Origin: Clostridia bacterium
GTDB lineage: Bacteria; Bacillota; Clostridia; UMGS1883; UMGS1540
Assembly (NCBI GenBank): GCA_045533905.1
Contig: JAZSIR010000008.1
Span: forward strand, 32,001 to 96,000
Length of the DNA stretch: 64,000 nucleotides
Direction: 5' to 3'
This document shows, in pieces, positions 60,693-64,000 of the stretch (its first letter is position 1; every line of letters begins with the position of its first letter). The translations under genes and the position numbers were made by a program. The notes below the pieces were generated by a model. It ran no database searches. It was not told the DNA's origin and worked only from the letters and a program-made list of their open reading frames with translations.

Positions 60693-61409
60693 TTATCCCT
60701 CAAATTCGTACAAGATATTGCCGCAGGTAACAGGGCCTGCCGTTTCGGTTCGTAAAATACGGCTTCCGAGTGTAACAACCAAAAGCCCATTTTCCTCCGC
60801 ATATGCCTTTTCTTCATCCGCAAAGCCACCTTCAGGGCCAATGAGGATGGAAACGGTTTTTGCCGTTTTGCCGCGAAGGGCATTTTTCAGGCTATTTTCT
60901 TTTTCGCACTCATACGGAAAAAGCGCAATTTCAGCTTCTTTTGCCGCATCCACCGCTTCCCGGAAGGAAACGGCATCCAAAACCTCGGGCACAATACCGC
61001 GTCCCGATTGCTTTGCCGCCTCAAGCGCGATGCGCATAAGACGCTCGCGTTTCACATCGCCACCGCGCACAACGCGCTCCGTGTGCATAGGCACAATGCA
61101 GGAAACACCAATTTCCACGCATTTTTGCACAATATAATCGAGTTTTGCGCCTTTCGGCACGCCCTGATAAAGCGTAATATGTACAGGCGGTTCCGCGGCA
61201 TTCTCCCGCTTTCCTGTAATTTCTGCCACGACCGTCTTCTTATCGGCAGAAGAAAGCCTGCAAAAATAATCGGTGCACTGCCCGTCGCACACGGTGAAGG
61301 TATCCCCTTCCCGCATACGAAGCACCTTGGTGATATGGGTCACATCTTCACCCGTTATGGTAATCTGATTTCCGTTTATTGCCTCTTTCGGCACAAAAAA
61401 TCTTGCCAT
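60693..61409 (-). CDS. rsmE: 16S rRNA m3U1498 methyltransferase
   Basis: HI.KVLR, EAAKQS.R, IGPEGG, RILRTETA. Confidence 0.96.
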   Translation of the reverse strand: MARFFVPKEAINGNQITITGEDVTHITKVLRMREGDTFTVCDGQCTDYFCRLSSADKKTVVAEITGKRENAAEPPVHITLYQGVPKGAKLDYIVQKCVEIGVSCIVPMHTERVVRGGDVKRERLMRIALEAAKQSGRGIVPEVLDAVSFREAVDAAKEAEIALFPYECEKENSLKNALRGKTAKTVSILIGPEGGFADEEKAYAEENGLLVVTLGSRILRTETAGPVTCGNILYEFEG

Positions 61410-61411
61410 TT

Positions 61412-62365
61412 TTATCCCCTCTTTGCAAGGATGGCCCACCATTCGCCGTCCTGTTTCTTTTCAAGTACGGCAAAGCCGTTTTCGGAAAGCGCACGAAGGA
61501 CATCCTCAACCCTGTCGTGAATAATGCCGGAGCAGAGGAATACACCGTCCTCTTTCAGATACTGCGGTACGCGTGCGGAAAGCGGAATGATAACGTCGGC
61601 CACAATGTTTGCAACCACCACGTCAAACTTCTCATCCGTCACCTCTTCTTCGAGGACATTGGCACATTTCACGGTATATGTATCTTCCGAAATACCGGAA
61701 AGCGCCGCGTTTTCATAGGCAACGCGCGGCGCGGCGGCGTCAATATCCACCGCAAGGGCGTGCTCTGCCCCGAGTAGAAGCGAAAGTATAGAAAGAATAC
61801 CGCTGCCACAGCCTACGTCAAACACGCGCATACCGGGACCTATGCACTTTTCAAGAAGCTCGAGACATAGGCGTGTGGTGTTATGGCTGCCTGTTCCAAA
61901 AAGCATACCAGGATTGATGCGAAGCACCACTCCGTCCGCTTCATAGTCCATCCACGCAGGCACGACGGTGATATTCTCGCCCACCGCAAACGGTTTATAA
62001 TACTGCTTCCAGCGCTCAAACCAGTCATTTTCATCAATACTGTCAAGCGTGACTGCGAGCGTGCCGAGTGAATCGTCCTCCCCCTTTATACGCGCAAGAT
62101 TTTCGCGCAGGAGAAGAAGCGTTTCGCGGCCGTTTTCATCGTCACGAAGGTACACGCTCACGCGTGTGGGGCCATGTTTTTGTGCTCTTAAGGCATCATC
62201 CACATAGTCCCAATAGCGCTTGTTATTTTCAAGAAAATTCTCAAAGTCAGCCTCGTCCTCAATTTCGGCACCTTCAATGCCCATCGAAAGGAGCATACCG
62301 TAAAGCGGCTCGATGCCCTCGCTTGTGGTTTCTATGCTGACTTTTATCCATTCTGTGTTTAGCAT
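61412..62365 (-). CDS. prmA: Ribosomal protein L11 methyltransferase
   Basis: W...WK.YYKP, PG..FGTG.H.TT, DVGCGSGIL, VANI.A. Confidence 0.95.
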   Translation of the reverse strand: MLNTEWIKVSIETTSEGIEPLYGMLLSMGIEGAEIEDEADFENFLENNKRYWDYVDDALRAQKHGPTRVSVYLRDDENGRETLLLLRENLARIKGEDDSLGTLAVTLDSIDENDWFERWKQYYKPFAVGENITVVPAWMDYEADGVVLRINPGMLFGTGSHNTTRLCLELLEKCIGPGMRVFDVGCGSGILSILSLLLGAEHALAVDIDAAAPRVAYENAALSGISEDTYTVKCANVLEEEVTDEKFDVVVANIVADVIIPLSARVPQYLKEDGVFLCSGIIHDRVEDVLRALSENGFAVLEKKQDGEWWAILAKRG

Positions 62366-62676
62366 AAGCCGTCCAACTTTCCGCGAAGCGAGTCTTCCGG
62401 CACAGCACCAATCACTCTTTCCACTTCTTCGCCGTTTTTATAGAAAATCATTGTGGGGATGCTCATAATGCCGAGCCCTGCGGCGAGTGCGCCGTCTGTA
62501 TCCGCATCCACTTTATAAACATACGCCTTTCCTTCATACTCCGCGGCGAGCTTTTCCACGATGGGAAGCATCATTTTGCACGGGCCGCACCAATCTGCAT
62601 AAAAATCCACAAGCACCGGTTTATCGGCGTTTTTTACCTTTGCATCATATTCTTCTGTTTTAATAATTGCTGCCAT
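62359..62676 (-). CDS. trxA: Thioredoxin
   Basis: DFYADWCGPC, SIPT. Confidence 0.96.
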   Translation of the reverse strand: MAAIIKTEEYDAKVKNADKPVLVDFYADWCGPCKMMLPIVEKLAAEYEGKAYVYKVDADTDGALAAGLGIMSIPTMIFYKNGEEVERVIGAVPEDSLRGKLDGLC

Positions 62677-62702
62677 AAAAATCATCCTTTCTGTTTGTTT
62701 TC

Positions 62703-62731
62703 AGTATACACTTTTTTGCCTTTTTTGTCAA
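62703..62731 (-). promoter_or_regulatory. SigA promoter of trxA-prmA-rsmE
   Basis: TTGACA-N17-TATACT. Confidence 0.75.
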
Positions 62732-62734
62732 CAC

Positions 62735-63838
62735 TTACTGAAGGGCGAGGCTGTTATTGAGCAGCGTTGTGCTATATATGAAAAGCACGTCCGCATTTTC
62801 AAACTCCACAAAGCTTCCAACAAAGTTACTCTGGATATAACGGATATCCACAAGTGTAATTTTGGCATATCCTGCCGAAAGAAGCGGTGCGAGGCTTGAA
62901 GCAAAGGAATCACGAAACATCACGAGCTCTTTTTCGGTTCCGGCTGCAGGATTTTCAATCGTTACAATCGGTGCAGCACCGGAAAGAAACATCTCATACG
63001 GATCTTTCCCGAAGGCCTTCTCCATATTATAAAGCGCACCTTCCACGGGGGCGCCCGTGTCATAATACGTGACCTTCACATTTTCAAGCGCTTCGTTTGT
63101 CAGATACAAAATCGTATCCGGTGAGACCGGAAGCGCTATCTGCCCTACATATACGCCGCGGAAGGGGTTTTCAAGCGTTTTGATCGTATACCCTGCCGCA
63201 CAAGGCGTATCCATAGCCTCCCCGATATATTCCGCGATATCCACAATTTTTTCCTGCCGCCAATGTGTATCGGTTGTATAGTAGTCAGAAAGCTCCAAAA
63301 AGGGTGTTACGTCGATATACGTCATCTCCGAAACTTTCTCCTGCATTCTTTCAGCAAACCCCTGGTAGTCAAGCGCCGGATAGCCGTTTTTCCCTGCTAG
63401 AAACATATTCTTGTCGGGCACGATGGCAAAGTATTGCTTACAGTTTTTGCCTTCAAGATAAGTCTTCCGGATAAATGCAAACCGCTCGGCAGCATGCGCC
63501 ATCATCGCATCGTTTTCAGGGTCATCGATTTTGGAAATGTGCCCTTCAGCTGCAAAGAGGCCATTATTATCGAGCTTTCGGAACACCTCGGTTGCGAAGA
63601 GCGCCTTCCCCGTGCGAAAGGCATCGCGGAAGGGAAACTGCTCCGTCGCATAGGTTTCAAAGTCTTTAGTGAAAGACCCGTCCAAAACCGATGCAAGGCT
63701 TACCGCGGGCATCTGCGCCAGCGGACGCCGCTCCGCTTCCGAAAATGCCTCTTTCGGCCCGAAGGCACAGAAGAGGAATCCTATCAAAAGAAGCGCAGCG
63801 AAGGTAACGGTAATTACAATATTTTTTATTTTCTCCAT
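62735..63838 (-). CDS. DHHW/AlgX-AlgJ-like exported acylation protein
   Basis: N-terminal TM, E.R.LA, F..RD, TDTHW, RDSFA; follows an MBOAT gene. Confidence 0.85.
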   Translation of the reverse strand: MEKIKNIVITVTFAALLLIGFLFCAFGPKEAFSEAERRPLAQMPAVSLASVLDGSFTKDFETYATEQFPFRDAFRTGKALFATEVFRKLDNNGLFAAEGHISKIDDPENDAMMAHAAERFAFIRKTYLEGKNCKQYFAIVPDKNMFLAGKNGYPALDYQGFAERMQEKVSEMTYIDVTPFLELSDYYTTDTHWRQEKIVDIAEYIGEAMDTPCAAGYTIKTLENPFRGVYVGQIALPVSPDTILYLTNEALENVKVTYYDTGAPVEGALYNMEKAFGKDPYEMFLSGAAPIVTIENPAAGTEKELVMFRDSFASSLAPLLSAGYAKITLVDIRYIQSNFVGSFVEFENADVLFIYSTTLLNNSLALQ

Positions 63839-63850
63839 TTTTGCGCCTCC

Positions 63851-64000
63851 TTAAAACCTAAAATACAAAAACGGGTTGAATGCGCCGTCGACAAGATAGG
63901 CAGTGCACGCCAGAAAGAGGAAAATGAGAAGCGGCAATTCAAGTGCCATTATAGCCGTCCGCGTCTTTCTGTTTTGCAAAAGGAGCTCGGCCGCGCATTT
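63851..64000 (-). CDS. MBOAT O-acyltransferase (AlgI/DltB-like), C-terminal part only
   Basis: Manual translation ends ...LFLACTAYLVDGAFNPFLYFRF*, the typical NPFLYF.F terminus. Confidence 0.85.
   Translation of the reverse strand, partial: KCAAELLLQNRKTRTAIMALELPLLIFLFLACTAYLVDGAFNPFLYFRF

Noticed and set aside
59422-61137. 571-aa plus-strand ORF
   Set aside because: Antisense shadow of ung, the HAD hydrolase and rsmE; no recognisable motifs. Long antisense frames recur throughout this window.

Overview
Core chromosomal region of a Clostridia-type (Bacillota) bacterium, about 50% GC by eye, with almost all genes on the minus strand. It carries many housekeeping operons: hslO/hutP, ktrAB, infC-rpmI-rplT with an L20 leader, dnaG-sigA-trmK, nusB-xseAB-ispA, pyrH-frr-uppS-cdsA-dxr-rseP, addBA, SRP RNA-dnaX-ebfC-recR-miaB, TPP riboswitch-thiT, rplU-prp-rpmA-obgE-nadD-yqeK, gatCAB-icd-rex, pgi-thrC, carD-ispD-ispF, trxA-prmA-rsmE-ung and MBOAT-DHHW. 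There is one accessory patch (about 36.9-43.6 kb): MFS-like/LysR, an att-like scar, AraC-MATE-GH43 and an AraC pseudogene, lying downstream of a five-tRNA operon (Gly-Arg-His-Gln-Lys). The most unusual signal is non-coding. Behind tRNA-Lys sits a 148-bp structured unit that duplicates the tRNA's last 21 nt including CCA. Next to it is an array of CCG(N/TC)AGG mini-hairpins each followed by ATATCG(C), and one hairpin of the 148-bp unit recurs 12.6 kb away. No CRISPR array, transposase or integrase gene was seen. All calls come from reading the sequence and the ORF track; no database searches were run.
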